Below, piece by piece: positions 1 through 9,267 of a stretch of DNA of 32,000 bases. Within the stretch, counting starts at the first letter, position 1; every line of letters begins with the position of its first letter. Source of the stretch: Phycisphaera mikurensis NBRC 102666 (lineage in GTDB: Bacteria > Planctomycetota > Phycisphaerae > Phycisphaerales > Phycisphaeraceae). The notes under the pieces were generated by a model. It saw only the letters and a program-made list of their open reading frames with translations. It made no database searches and was not told where the DNA came from. Made by a program: the position numbers and the translations under genes. The stretch lies in contig NC_017080.1 in the NCBI RefSeq assembly GCF_000284115.1, positions 3,180,001 through 3,212,000 on the forward strand, written 5' to 3'.

Positions 1-433
1 GCAGCCCGCCCTTGATCTTGCGGAGGACCTTGCCCTCGACGGTGTCGCCCTCGCCCTTCTCGGCGGTGACGACCTCCCAGCCGCGGATGCGGTCGGCCTT
101 GCGCTTCGAGACCTCGACCACGCCGCCCTGACCCTCAACGGACTCCAGGAAGACCTCGACGGTGTCGCCGATCTCCACGTCGTGGTGGTCGTCGAATTCG
201 GTCTTGTCGAGGATGCCTTCGCTCTTGAGCCCCAGCTCGACGAGGAAGTCGTCGCCGGCGCGGCCGATGATCTTGCCCTGGATGAGGCTGCCGGGCTTGA
301 AGTCGCCGATCGTGTCGGCGAGCAGCTCTTCCATGTCGCCGTCCGCGACCTTCTGGCCCAGGGCCTCGAGGATCATGGCGTCGGCTTCGTCGTCTTCGAC
401 GGAGAGCGAGTGGATCAGGTTCTTGTCAACCAA
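1..433 (-). CDS. rpsA: 30S ribosomal protein S1 (N-terminal part, gene runs off the left edge)
   Basis: Reverse-strand translation gives (TTG)VDKNLIHSLSVEDDEADAMILEALGQKVADGDMEELLADTIGDFKPGSLIQGKIIGRAGDDFLVELGLKSEGILDKTEFDDHDEVEIGDTVEVFLESVEGQGGVVEVSKRKADRIRGWEVV..., typical of the first S1 domains. The TTG start is inferred. Confidence 0.9.
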   Translation of the reverse strand, partial: MVDKNLIHSLSVEDDEADAMILEALGQKVADGDMEELLADTIGDFKPGSLIQGKIIGRAGDDFLVELGLKSEGILDKTEFDDHHDVEIGDTVEVFLESVEGQGGVVEVSKRKADRIRGWEVVTAEKGEGDTVEGKVLRKIKGGL

Positions 434-947
434 AGGAGTCGGATTTCCTACCGCGGGGAAGAGGCACCCGCGGCCGCCGCGCGGCGGCCGATGACGGGTC
501 CGGAGGCGGCGGGAACGCCTCGCGAGCGACAGCAACCATCGGGAAGATGGGCGCCGACGGCACAGGATAGCGGGAGACGCGGCGGAAGATCCTGCATCGC
601 CCCTTCCCACGCGACGCGCTGCAGCGGGGGCGGATTCCCGGCCCGGGAAGAACACCCGCACCGGCGGTCGCTGCCGCGGGCCGGCCCGAGGAGGACGCCT
701 GGACACCGCAAGCCCTGGGGCGCCAGCGTGTTGCGAGATCCCGCGAGAGCTGCGGTGCCCGGAGGGCTTCGGCTCCGAAACCGACTGCGGGCTTCCGCCC
801 CGCGGGGTAGGGGTATCCGCCTAGCATTCTCGGCTCGCGTGCCGCGGCACCCGCCCGGCAACGGCCCCCGACCGCGTCGCAGCCCGAGCCTGCGAGCGAA
901 CCCCGCGGACCCCGTCGGAGTCCGAGAGAAAAGACTGGAATCTGATT

Positions 948-1514
948 ATGCAGACCAACCACATGCTCCCTTCCACGATCGCGTGCACCCTCGGCGTCTG
1001 CCTGCTGGCCACCGCCGCTTCCGCGGAGGATCACGCGTCGCACGCGATCCCGGAGCAGGACGTTCTGGACGTCCAGAAGGAGTGGGGCGAAGGCATCGTC
1101 GCCATCTCCAAGGTCCACAAGGAGGGCGGCGATTACACCGCCCGCGCCGAGGAGCACATCAACGAGCTCTACGCCTACGACCTCGGCGACGTGATGTTCA
1201 AGCCGACGCTTGCCGCTGAAGACCAGTTCCGCGAGACCTTCGAAGAGGCGCTGTCGTACTTCGTCGGCACCGAGGGCTCGGAAGACAAGGGCTTCGCCAT
1301 CTCCGGCTGGACCGACGTCCGCTGGGAGAGCAACGGCGTTTACACGGACGACAACTCGGCCACCGCGATGGGCAACTACTTCTTCAAGAAGGCCGACGGA
1401 TCGGAAACCAAGGTCGAGTACACCTTCGGCTACGTGAAAGACGACGACGGCAACCTCAAGATCAACCTGCACCACTCGTCGCTGCCCTTCGATCCCTCGC
1501 CGATCGCGGAGTGA
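948..1514 (+). CDS. Secreted SnoaL/NTF2-like domain protein
   Basis: Signal peptide (MLPSTIACTLGVCLLATAASAEDHA) followed by a compact domain with NTF2/SnoaL-like pattern (VHKEGGDYTARAEEHINELYAYDLGDVMFKPTLA...FKKADGSETKVEYTFGYVKDDDGNLKINLHHSS). Confidence 0.7.
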   Translation: MQTNHMLPSTIACTLGVCLLATAASAEDHASHAIPEQDVLDVQKEWGEGIVAISKVHKEGGDYTARAEEHINELYAYDLGDVMFKPTLAAEDQFRETFEEALSYFVGTEGSEDKGFAISGWTDVRWESNGVYTDDNSATAMGNYFFKKADGSETKVEYTFGYVKDDDGNLKINLHHSSLPFDPSPIAE

Positions 1515-1518
1515 CGCC

Positions 1519-1554
1519 GGGGATCTGGGGGATCCGGGGGACAGGGAACCTGGG
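1519..1554 (+). other. G-quadruplex-forming motif
   Basis: GGGG ATCT GGGGG ATCC GGGGG ACA GGG AACCT GGG, beginning 5 nt after the TGA of the upstream CDS, in the convergent intergenic region before speA. Confidence 0.6.
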
Positions 1555-1705
1555 AGACAGACCCCGGGACCCGTTGCCGGCACCGAACCGTCTTCCTCAA
1601 GGACCAGGGGCCAGGCCCCGGCGGACCCCGGCGGACCCGGGGCGGACCCGGAAGCGGGGCCCGCAGGCCGGTCGAGACCCGCGGACCCCGGGTGGGGGCA
1701 GCCGC

Positions 1706-3742
1706 TCAGGTGAGGTACGTGTACCCGGCCAGGCCTTCTTCGTAGAAGCGGCGGAGCGTCGCCGCCTCCTCGCCGGTCAGCCGGCCGTCGGCGGCCGCGG
1801 CCTCGACGCTCTTGCCGAAGCGGCGGGACAGCTCCTCGGGGCGGTACTGCACGTAGCCGAGCACCTCGGCGACGGTGTCGCCGAGCACGATCTCGTCGAT
1901 CCTGGCCCGCCCCGTGGCGTCGACTTCCACGTGGACGGCGTTGACGTCGCCGAAGAGGTTGTGCAGGTCGCCGAGGGTTTCCTGGTACGCGCCCACGAGG
2001 AAGACGCCCAGCAGGTAGTCGTCGCCGGGCTCGAGGTCGTGCAGCTCGAGGGCTTGGCGCACCTTGCCGGGTTCCGCCGCGGAGGGGATGAACGCGTCGA
2101 GCTTGCCGTCGGAGTCGCAGGTGATGTCGGCGAGGGCGCCCAGGCGGGTGGGCTTCTCGCCGAGCCGCTGCAGCGGCATCACCGGGAAGCGCTGGCCGAT
2201 CGCCCAGGCGTCGGGCAGGCTCTGGAAGATGGAGCCGTTGCAGAAGTAGGTCGCGTGGACGAGCGAGCCGAGCTCGGCGATCTCCTCGGGCAGGCGGTCG
2301 GTGCGGCCGGCGTCCAGGTCGGCCTGGGCTCTTGCGCGGATCCGCGCGACCACGGCGTAGAAGAGCCGCTCGGCGGCGGCGCGGTCGGCGAGGGTGCAGT
2401 GGCCCAGCGTGAACAGCGAGAGCACCTGCTCGCGTGCGACCTGGGCGTCGTGCAGGCACTCACGCAGGTTGTGACCGGTTTCCAGGTCGTCGAGCGTGCC
2501 CCAGAGGGTCCGCACCGGGGCGGGCACGGCCGCAAGATCGGCCGGCTTCTGCGGCGGGCGGAAGCGCTCCACGCCCGAGACGCCGGTCACGTCCATCACC
2601 AGCACCGTCGAGTGGGCGACCATCGCGCGGCCGGCCTCGGTGATCAGCGTCGGCACCGGCACGCCGGCCTCGCCGCACACCTCCTTCACGTGCCACACGA
2701 CGTTGTTCGCGTACTCCTGCAGCGTGTAGTTGACGCCGCCCGACTGCCCGTGGCCCCCGAGGTCCGCGGGCTCGCTCTCGCCGGTGCCGTCGTAGTCCAC
2801 GCCCATCCCGCCGCCGACGTCGAGGAAGCGCAGGCCCGCGCCCATCCGCGAGAGCTCGGTGTACACGCGGGCGGCCTCGACGACGGCCGCCTTGAACGCC
2901 CGCATGTCGGTGAGCTGGCTTCCCAGGTGGAAGTGAACCAGCTGAAGGCAGTCGAGCATGCCGTGCGCCTCCAGCCGCTCGACCGCCTCGATGACCTCCG
3001 AGACGAAGAGCCCGAACTTGGCCCGCTCGCCGCCGCTGCCGGCCCAGCGGCCGGCGCCGGCGCTCGCGAGCTTCACGCGGATGCCGATCGGCGGGCGGAC
3101 GTCGTGTTCCTGCGCCATCCGGATGATGAGCGGCAGCTCGTCGGCCTTCTCCACGACCGGGATCACGGTCCGGCCGAGCTTGTTGGCCAGCACCACGCCC
3201 TCGATGTAGCGGGCGTCCTTGAAACCGTTGCAGACGATCAGCGGCTCGTTGCCGGGCTCTTCTTCGCGTTCGTCCAGGAGCGCGAGCACCGCGAGCAGCT
3301 CGGGCTTGCTCCCGGCTTCGAGGCCGAAGCCGTGCTTGCGGCCGGCTTCCAGCAGCTCCTCGACGACGTGTCGCTGCTGGTTCACCTTGATGGGGTAGAC
3401 GCCGCGGTAGCGGCCGGCGTAGTTCATCTCGGCGATGGCCGCGTCGAAGGCGCCGGCGATGGTGGCGAGGCGGTCGTCGAGGATGCCCGGGAAGCGCAGC
3501 AGCATCGGGGTGCGGACGCCGCGGGTGCGGAGCTGTGCGACCAGCGCGGGCAGGTCCACGCCGATGGCGGGATCCCGGTTCGGCGACACCGTCGCGTTGC
3601 CCCCGGCGCTCACGTGGAAGTACCCGCCCCCCCAACGCTCCACCCCGTAGAGGCGGGCGGAGTCGGCGGGCGACCAGGAGCCGCGAGCGGGGGAGGCCGC
3701 GGCGGGAGCGGTGGCGGGTTCAGCGGCGGAGTTTGCGGTCAA
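1706..3742 (-). CDS. speA: Biosynthetic arginine decarboxylase (PLP-dependent, SpeA type)
   Basis: Reverse-strand protein contains LLRFPGILDDRLATIAGAFDAAIAEMNYAGRYRGVYPIKVNQQRHVVEELLEAGRKHGFGLEAGSKPELLAVLAL...ICNGFKDARYIEGVVLANKLGR...FHLGSQLTDM...LDVGGGMGVDYDG. TTG start at 3742 with GAGAG upstream is inferred; the track ORF to 4366 is over-extended. Confidence 0.93.
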   Translation of the reverse strand: MTANSAAEPATAPAAASPARGSWSPADSARLYGVERWGGGYFHVSAGGNATVSPNRDPAIGVDLPALVAQLRTRGVRTPMLLRFPGILDDRLATIAGAFDAAIAEMNYAGRYRGVYPIKVNQQRHVVEELLEAGRKHGFGLEAGSKPELLAVLALLDEREEEPGNEPLIVCNGFKDARYIEGVVLANKLGRTVIPVVEKADELPLIIRMAQEHDVRPPIGIRVKLASAGAGRWAGSGGERAKFGLFVSEVIEAVERLEAHGMLDCLQLVHFHLGSQLTDMRAFKAAVVEAARVYTELSRMGAGLRFLDVGGGMGVDYDGTGESEPADLGGHGQSGGVNYTLQEYANNVVWHVKEVCGEAGVPVPTLITEAGRAMVAHSTVLVMDVTGVSGVERFRPPQKPADLAAVPAPVRTLWGTLDDLETGHNLRECLHDAQVAREQVLSLFTLGHCTLADRAAAERLFYAVVARIRARAQADLDAGRTDRLPEEIAELGSLVHATYFCNGSIFQSLPDAWAIGQRFPVMPLQRLGEKPTRLGALADITCDSDGKLDAFIPSAAEPGKVRQALELHDLEPGDDYLLGVFLVGAYQETLGDLHNLFGDVNAVHVEVDATGRARIDEIVLGDTVAEVLGYVQYRPEELSRRFGKSVEAAAADGRLTGEEAATLRRFYEEGLAGYTYLT

Positions 3743-3811
3743 TTCGGCTCTCGGAGGGCGCGGGGCGGGACAGTAGAAACAGGCCCGGCCGTGGGTTGCG
3801 TACGGTTGACC

Positions 3812-4348
3812 ATGACGCCCGTCGCCCCCTCCCTGCTGGCCTGCTTCGCCGCGCTGCTCGCCGGGCTGTGCTTCCTGAACGCGCCGGGCACGCTGGCGCA
3901 GGACGGCGCCGACCCGCCGCGGCCGACGCCCGAGCTCACCCCGATGGAGGTGCTGGCCTTCCAGATCGAGGGCCTGAAGGAAGCGGCCGACGCGCACGCC
4001 GACGCGGACCGCGGGATGCGAACGGTCTGGGCCTTCGCCTGCCCGGCGAACCAGGCACAAACCGGCCCCTTCGACCGCTTCGACGCGATGGTCCGCACCG
4101 GCTACCCGATCCTCGTCGGCCACCGCGAGGCGGTGGTGCTCGAGCTGGTGCCGCCGGAGGAGGACCGCCCCGACGCCTGCTTCGCGCTGCTGCGGGTCAC
4201 GGGCGCCGACGGGTCGCGCGGCTGGTTCATCTGGCACCTCACCCGCGAGGCCGACGGCCCCCTCGCCGGCTGCTGGATGACCGCCGCCGTCGTGCCGGCG
4301 CCCGCGCCCGGTGAGGAGAACGACGACGCCGGGGCCGGCGTGGTGTAG
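3812..4348 (+). CDS. Hypothetical secreted protein
   Basis: ATG followed by TPVAPSLLACFAALLAGLCFLNAPGTLAQDGADPP, a plausible signal peptide, then a short globular region; divergent from speA. Confidence 0.65.
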   Translation: MTPVAPSLLACFAALLAGLCFLNAPGTLAQDGADPPRPTPELTPMEVLAFQIEGLKEAADAHADADRGMRTVWAFACPANQAQTGPFDRFDAMVRTGYPILVGHREAVVLELVPPEEDRPDACFALLRVTGADGSRGWFIWHLTREADGPLAGCWMTAAVVPAPAPGEENDDAGAGVV

Positions 4349-4381
4349 CCCGGGCCGCCGCGGCAACGCCCACGGTGCCGA

Positions 4382-5938
4382 TCAGCCCAGCCGCTGCATC
4401 AGCGCCGGCGCCACCTTCTTGGGGTTCGCCTTGCCGCCGGACTCCTTCATGACGCGGCCGACGAGGGCGCCGATGGCTTTCTTCTTGCCGGCTTTCACGT
4501 CCTCGATGGCGGGGGCCATGGCCGGATCGGCCAGCGCGGCGGCGACCCAGGCGTCGAGCTCGTCGGCGTTGTCGGTGAGGAGCAGGCCGTGCTCGGCGGC
4601 GACGCTCTCGGCGGGCGCGTCGGTGCCGCGGAGGGTTTCGAGCAGGTCGCCGGCGGAGGAGGAGGCGATTTGATCGGACGCGAGCAGCTTCAGCACGCCG
4701 GCGGTCTGCTCGGCGGAAGCACCAAGACCCGCGAGGTCGGTGCCGGCGGCGTTGGCGGCCTGCATCGCGGTGTTCAGGAGGAAAGCGGCGGCTTTCGCGG
4801 CGTCCGGAGCGCCGGCGTCGAGCACGGCGTCGAGGTACGCACACGCGGAGGGCTCGGCCATCAGCACCTCGGCGTCGGCTTGCTTGATGCCGAGTTCCGC
4901 GTAGCGGGAACGGCGGGCGCTCGGCAGCTCGGGCTGGCTCGCCCGGATCTCCGCGAGCCACTCCTCCCCGACGGAGACCTCGACGAGGTCCGGATCCGGG
5001 AAGTAGCGGTAGTCCTGCGCGTCCTCCTTCTCGCGCTGCACCGTCGTCACCATCGCGGCGTCGTCCCAGCCGCGGGTGGCCTTCGCGCCCGGCCGCATGA
5101 CCTTCCCGTCTCTCACCCACTGGTCCACCTGCCGGCGGTGCTCGTGCTCGATCGCGCCACGCACCGCCTTGAAGCTGTTGAGATTCTTCACCTCGACGAT
5201 CGGGGTCTTGAACTCGGTCCCGTCGGCGTCGCGGATGACGACGTTGATGTTGGGCTCGAAACGCACGTGACCGCGCTGCATCACGCCCGCGGTGACGCCG
5301 AGGTGCCGCACCAGCTCGCGCAGCCGCTCGCAGAAGACCACGGCTTCGTCCGCGGTCTTCACGTCCGGCTCGCTGACGATCTCCAGGAGCGGCGTGCCGG
5401 CGCGGTTGAGGTCGACGAAGCTGACATCCTCGTTCGACTCGTCTGCGAGGTGCTGCTCGGCGGCGGGCAGCTCGTGCATCAGCTTGCCGGCGTCCTCTTC
5501 GAGATGGGCCCGGGTCACGCGGATCGGCCGGGGGGCACCGGGCGTGCCGGCGTCGAGCGAGCCGCCGAGGCAGAGCGGCCGGTCGTACTGGCTGATCTGG
5601 TAGTTCTTCGGCAGGTCGGGGTAGAAGTAGCTTTTGCGGTCCCAGTTGGCCGAATCGGCGATCTCGCTGCCGAGCGCGAGCCCGACGCGGACGGACATCT
5701 CCACCGCGGCCCGGTTCATCACCGGCAGCGTCCCGGGCAGGGCAACGACGACCGGGTCGGCCAGCGCGTTGGGCGCGGCGTCGAAGAAGTCGGGGTGCGC
5801 CACGTTGGGCGCCGACGTCCACATCTTCGTCCGCGTCATCAATTCGACGTGCACCTCCATGCCGACGACCAGCGTGGTCGTGAGGCCGTGGGGCTCGCCG
5901 GGATCGGACGCTCCGCTTCGCGGGTTGGGGTCTGGCAC
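4382..5938 (-). CDS. gatB: Aspartyl/glutamyl-tRNA(Asn/Gln) amidotransferase subunit B
   Basis: LVVGMEVHVELMTRTKMWTSAPN...DADLEEDAGKLMHE-type region...VDLNRAGTPLLEIVSEPD...PNINVVIRDADGTEFKTPIVEVKNLNSFKAVRGAIEHE...QRLG. The start is uncertain: a GTG at 5938 keeps the LVVGMEV strand, while the first ATG (5860) would truncate it. Confidence 0.92.
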   Translation of the reverse strand: MPDPNPRSGASDPGEPHGLTTTLVVGMEVHVELMTRTKMWTSAPNVAHPDFFDAAPNALADPVVVALPGTLPVMNRAAVEMSVRVGLALGSEIADSANWDRKSYFYPDLPKNYQISQYDRPLCLGGSLDAGTPGAPRPIRVTRAHLEEDAGKLMHELPAAEQHLADESNEDVSFVDLNRAGTPLLEIVSEPDVKTADEAVVFCERLRELVRHLGVTAGVMQRGHVRFEPNINVVIRDADGTEFKTPIVEVKNLNSFKAVRGAIEHEHRRQVDQWVRDGKVMRPGAKATRGWDDAAMVTTVQREKEDAQDYRYFPDPDLVEVSVGEEWLAEIRASQPELPSARRSRYAELGIKQADAEVLMAEPSACAYLDAVLDAGAPDAAKAAAFLLNTAMQAANAAGTDLAGLGASAEQTAGVLKLLASDQIASSSAGDLLETLRGTDAPAESVAAEHGLLLTDNADELDAWVAAALADPAMAPAIEDVKAGKKKAIGALVGRVMKESGGKANPKKVAPALMQRLG

Positions 5939-6035
5939 GTGGAGGTTTCCGCAGGGGTCCGAAAGCTGTTTGGAGCCGCGGATCGCGGCGGCTGCGGTGA
6001 CCGATGATCGGCGGTCCGCGGTCGCTCTCGAAGGG

Positions 6036-7475
6036 TCAGACCAGCACGTCGCCGCTGGTGGAGGCGGCTGGAAGCTCGACTTCCCCGGCGTCGACGCGGG
6101 CTTTGAGGTCGGCGGCGTCCATGGCGGTGGTGGCTTTGAGTTCCAGGTTGCCCGAGGGAGCGGTGCCGCCGGCGTCTTCGATCCACTTCGCGGCGCGGGC
6201 CCGCTGGAGCTGCTTGCTCTCGGCGGGCGAGTCCGCAACGATCCTGCCCTCTTCGTCGGCGTTCTTGATCGGGGCGAACTCCTCGTCGCGCTTCGTCTCC
6301 AGGATGATCGAGGCGGAGGTCAGCGGCAGCGCGTCGAAGACGAAGGTCTCCAGCTTCACGGCGTTCGGCTCGGCAGGCTTCACCTCCTCGCCGGTTTCGG
6401 TGTCGACGAAGGGCACCTTCTTGTCGGCACGATTCCAGGGCAGGCCAAAGCCATCGCCACCATTGAGCCGCTCGACAAACGGCACGGCGATGACGTGGAT
6501 GGCGATCGACCCGGCGGAAAACTTCAGCGAGCCGTCCTCTCTCGTGGCGGTCGCCAGCTCGTCGGGCATCACCGTGTACTCGATCACGGCCATCTTCCCG
6601 TTCACCACCGCGAAGTTGCCGACCTTCTCCATCGGGCCGCGCTTCGTGAGGGCCTTGCTGCTCATGTCGGCCTTCGCCTCGGCGTGCAGACCGATGAACA
6701 GCGGGTCGATCGTCTTGACGATCGGGTTGTCGACCTGGAAGTAGCTGATCTGCTCGACGCCCCGACGCTTCATGTCGTCGATCGCCCCGCTGGTCCAGAG
6801 CGCCTTGAGCGAGCCGCCGTGGCCGTTGGGCGAGAGGGCAAGCGCATCCTTGCTCGCGAGCAGGCACTTGGCCGTGGTCGCGTCGAAGGCGGGCATCATC
6901 GCCTGCTGGAAGAGCATGACGTTCTTTTCGCCAAGACCGAAGAAGTCGTTCTTGCGGAAGAAAGCCTCGGTGTCGGCGTGGTTGACGCCGGAGGTCAGCA
7001 CGTACAGCGGCGGCTGCTGGCCGTACCTCGTCTTCACGCGGAGCAGCTGCTCGGCGAAGACGCCGAAGAGCGAGAGCCCGCGCACGGGCGTGGCGGGGAA
7101 GGTGCCCTTGGGGGCGTCCCAACCCAGCCGCGTCCCCTGGCCGCCGGCGACGCAGAAGGCGGCCACCTTGCCGCCGCGGAGCAGCTCCTCACCGGCCGCT
7201 CGCGCGTCGGCGTAGGCCCGCTCGCGGTCGGCCGGCGGGTCGGCGGGGAACACCTCCGGGGCCGATACGTCGTCGGGCAGGTCGGCCGAGGGCCGCCGCT
7301 TCACGTGGCTCTCCACCAGCCGCGCCACCTCCGGCCAGTCGATGCCCTCGACCTGGCCGAGCAGCTGCTCCTTGCCCGCGTCGTCGAGGTCGCCGTAGAA
7401 GGCGAGCACGTGGCCCTGGCCGGCTTCCTGGAGGGTTCGTTCGGCGGCTTCGTGGCGTTCGGCGAGGGTGGGCAT
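6036..7475 (-). CDS. UDPGP-family nucleotidyltransferase (UDP-N-acetylglucosamine / UTP-sugar pyrophosphorylase, eukaryote-type)
   Basis: VAAFCVAGGQGTRLGWDAPKGTFPATPVRGLSLFGVFAEQLLR...YVLTSGVNHADTEAFFRKNDFFGL...VMLFQQAMMPAFD...LSPNGHGGSLKALWTSGAIDDMKRRGVEQISYFQVDNPIVKTIDPLFIG matches the UDPGP/UAP1 family. Confidence 0.88.
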   Translation of the reverse strand: MPTLAERHEAAERTLQEAGQGHVLAFYGDLDDAGKEQLLGQVEGIDWPEVARLVESHVKRRPSADLPDDVSAPEVFPADPPADRERAYADARAAGEELLRGGKVAAFCVAGGQGTRLGWDAPKGTFPATPVRGLSLFGVFAEQLLRVKTRYGQQPPLYVLTSGVNHADTEAFFRKNDFFGLGEKNVMLFQQAMMPAFDATTAKCLLASKDALALSPNGHGGSLKALWTSGAIDDMKRRGVEQISYFQVDNPIVKTIDPLFIGLHAEAKADMSSKALTKRGPMEKVGNFAVVNGKMAVIEYTVMPDELATATREDGSLKFSAGSIAIHVIAVPFVERLNGGDGFGLPWNRADKKVPFVDTETGEEVKPAEPNAVKLETFVFDALPLTSASIILETKRDEEFAPIKNADEEGRIVADSPAESKQLQRARAAKWIEDAGGTAPSGNLELKATTAMDAADLKARVDAGEVELPAASTSGDVLV

Positions 7476-7566
7476 GGAGGGAAGATAAGAAGCGGCCTCG
7501 GGATGGACCTTCTCGCAAGCGAGCGCGAGAGCGCCGGCGGGGTGATCGCACGCCCCGCAGACTCTC

Positions 7567-8295
7567 TCACACGATCTGTTGTTCTCTCGCCCGCTCGCCC
7601 GGCGCCGCCACGCCCCCCACCATCGACACCGCGTGCCCGACGAAGAAGGGACCGAGCCGCTCGAGGTAGAGGCTCGTCTGCTTCGTCTTGCGCATGGCCT
7701 GCACGAGCTTCGAGAGCGGCGAGAGGTCCGGGCCCATCAACCCGATCACGAAGTCGCTGTCCGCGGCGTCGAGGCCGTGGCAGGCGAGGCGGACGTCGTG
7801 GGCGGCGTCGTCTTGCGCGAAGCCCATGCCCAGCTCGCCGTGCTCCTTGAGCATCGCCCGCTGCTCGGCCTCGGGGAGCGCGGCGAAGGCGCCGGCGCGT
7901 CGCAGGGGGTACCAGATCGCCCACGGCCAGGCCGGCTGCCAGGCGTGCCGCCGCGGCTTGTGCAGCAGCGTGTCGTCGAGGTCGCGCTCGTAGCCGATCG
8001 CGTACGTCCGTCCGAACATGGTGAACGCGGGCCGCGGGGTCAGCGACGACCAGGGCGGCGAGGCCAGCAGCGCCCGCAGCGTCGTCGGGAAGAAGCCGGG
8101 GTCCTCGCTGCAGGTGAGCAGCCCGACGCCGCGTGGATCGTTGACGTCGGCGTAGAGCACGGCCTCGTGGCCCGCTTCCGCGAGCGAAGCGGCCAGCGGC
8201 GCCGTGTCCGCGGCGCCGGTGAACACGAGCAGCTGCACGAACAGCCGCCGGGCGGATCGTGCGCCCCCGCCGCCGACCTCGTCGAGCTCGGGCAC
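7567..8295 (-). CDS. Chlorite dismutase / HemQ (coproheme decarboxylase) family protein
   Basis: MFGRTYAIGYERDLDDTLLHKPRRHAWQPAWPWAIWYPLRRAGAFAALPEAEQRAMLKEHGELGMGFAQDDAAHDVRLACHGLDAADSDFVIGLMG resembles the YPLxRxxxWYxLpxeERxxMxxEHgxiGrxY...SfGLDDqDFvvxlEtD pattern. GTG start at 8295 is inferred. Confidence 0.72.
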   Translation of the reverse strand: MPELDEVGGGGARSARRLFVQLLVFTGAADTAPLAASLAEAGHEAVLYADVNDPRGVGLLTCSEDPGFFPTTLRALLASPPWSSLTPRPAFTMFGRTYAIGYERDLDDTLLHKPRRHAWQPAWPWAIWYPLRRAGAFAALPEAEQRAMLKEHGELGMGFAQDDAAHDVRLACHGLDAADSDFVIGLMGPDLSPLSKLVQAMRKTKQTSLYLERLGPFFVGHAVSMVGGVAAPGERAREQQIV

Positions 8296-8375
8296 GGCCG
8301 CCCCGGGGCGGTCACCGGCGGCGGGAGGGGCTTGGCTCGCGCCCGACGACGAACCGGGATGCCAGAGCCTGCGCG

Positions 8376-9008
8376 TCACGGCGAGGTCTCGCCGGCGTAG
8401 AGCCCGGTCTCCAGCGCCAGCCGCACCACGCCGGCGAGCGAGCCCGCGCCGGTCTTCTCCATGATGTGGGCCCGGTGGATCTTCACGGTGCCCTCCGCGC
8501 ACCCCAGCTCGCTCGCGATCTCCTTGGTCAGCAGCCCGCGGGTGACCTGGAAGAGCACCTGCCGCTCGCGGGGGGTCAGCGTGGCCAGCCGCTCGCGGGC
8601 GAGCCGCTGCGGGGCGAGGCGCTCGCGGACCTCGGCGGCGTCCCTCAGCACGTCCCGGATGACCTCGCCGAGCCGCTCGGGGGTGATGTCGTCCTTGCGG
8701 AGGTACCGGGAGGCTCCCAGGCGGGTGACCTCGGCGGCGATGTACTCGTCGCCGGCGCTGCTGGTGACGATGAGCGGGACGTCGGGCATCCGCTCGTTCA
8801 TCGTCTTGAGCCAGCGCTGCGTCGTCTCCCCGTGCAGCCAGTAGTCGACCAGGCCGAGGTCGATCGCCGCTTCTTCCATCCGCTCGTCCGCCTCCTCGGT
8901 CGACCGGCACACGGTGAAGCGGAAGGCCATGCCCTCCACCCGCCGCATCTCCATCTCCAGCAGCGTGGCGTGGTCGGGATCGTCGTCGACGATCAGCACG
9001 CGGTACAT
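8376..9008 (-). CDS. Response regulator with receiver domain and LuxR-type HTH
   Basis: MYRVLIVDDDPDHATLLEMEM...DLGLVDYWLHG...PLIVTSSAGDEYIAAEVTRLGASRYLRKDDI...LTPRERQVLFQVTRGLLTKEIASELGCAEGTVKIHRAHIMEKTGAGSLAGVVRLA. Confidence 0.88.
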   Translation of the reverse strand: MYRVLIVDDDPDHATLLEMEMRRVEGMAFRFTVCRSTEEADERMEEAAIDLGLVDYWLHGETTQRWLKTMNERMPDVPLIVTSSAGDEYIAAEVTRLGASRYLRKDDITPERLGEVIRDVLRDAAEVRERLAPQRLARERLATLTPRERQVLFQVTRGLLTKEIASELGCAEGTVKIHRAHIMEKTGAGSLAGVVRLALETGLYAGETSP

Positions 9009-9267
9009 CTCTCCGGCGTTCGGGTGGATCGCCTCGCTCCCACCCTCGGGCTGCGTGGATCCGTCAGGACTGGCTCTCATGGGACACACGTTTCCGGTCT
9101 GAAACTCGGCGGACTGACCCCTCTCGTCTGCTGGGGGAAACCGTAGCACCGCCCCGGCCCCGGGTACGGCGTGCCACCCAAAAACGTTCGATTCGGCCAG
9201 GAACGGCGGGCTGGGGCCCGCGTTTCTGCGCGGAACGGCCGCGCAACCGTGCGCGTACAGTCGCCCC

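Noticed and set aside
448-861. 137-aa minus-strand ORF between rpsA and the secreted protein gene
   Set aside because: Low-complexity Arg/Pro/Gly composition, no recognisable domain, and competing ORFs in other frames over the same DNA.
1511-4348. 945-aa plus-strand ORF
   Set aside because: Only its last ~178 codons (from ATG 3812) look like a protein. The rest is antisense to speA.
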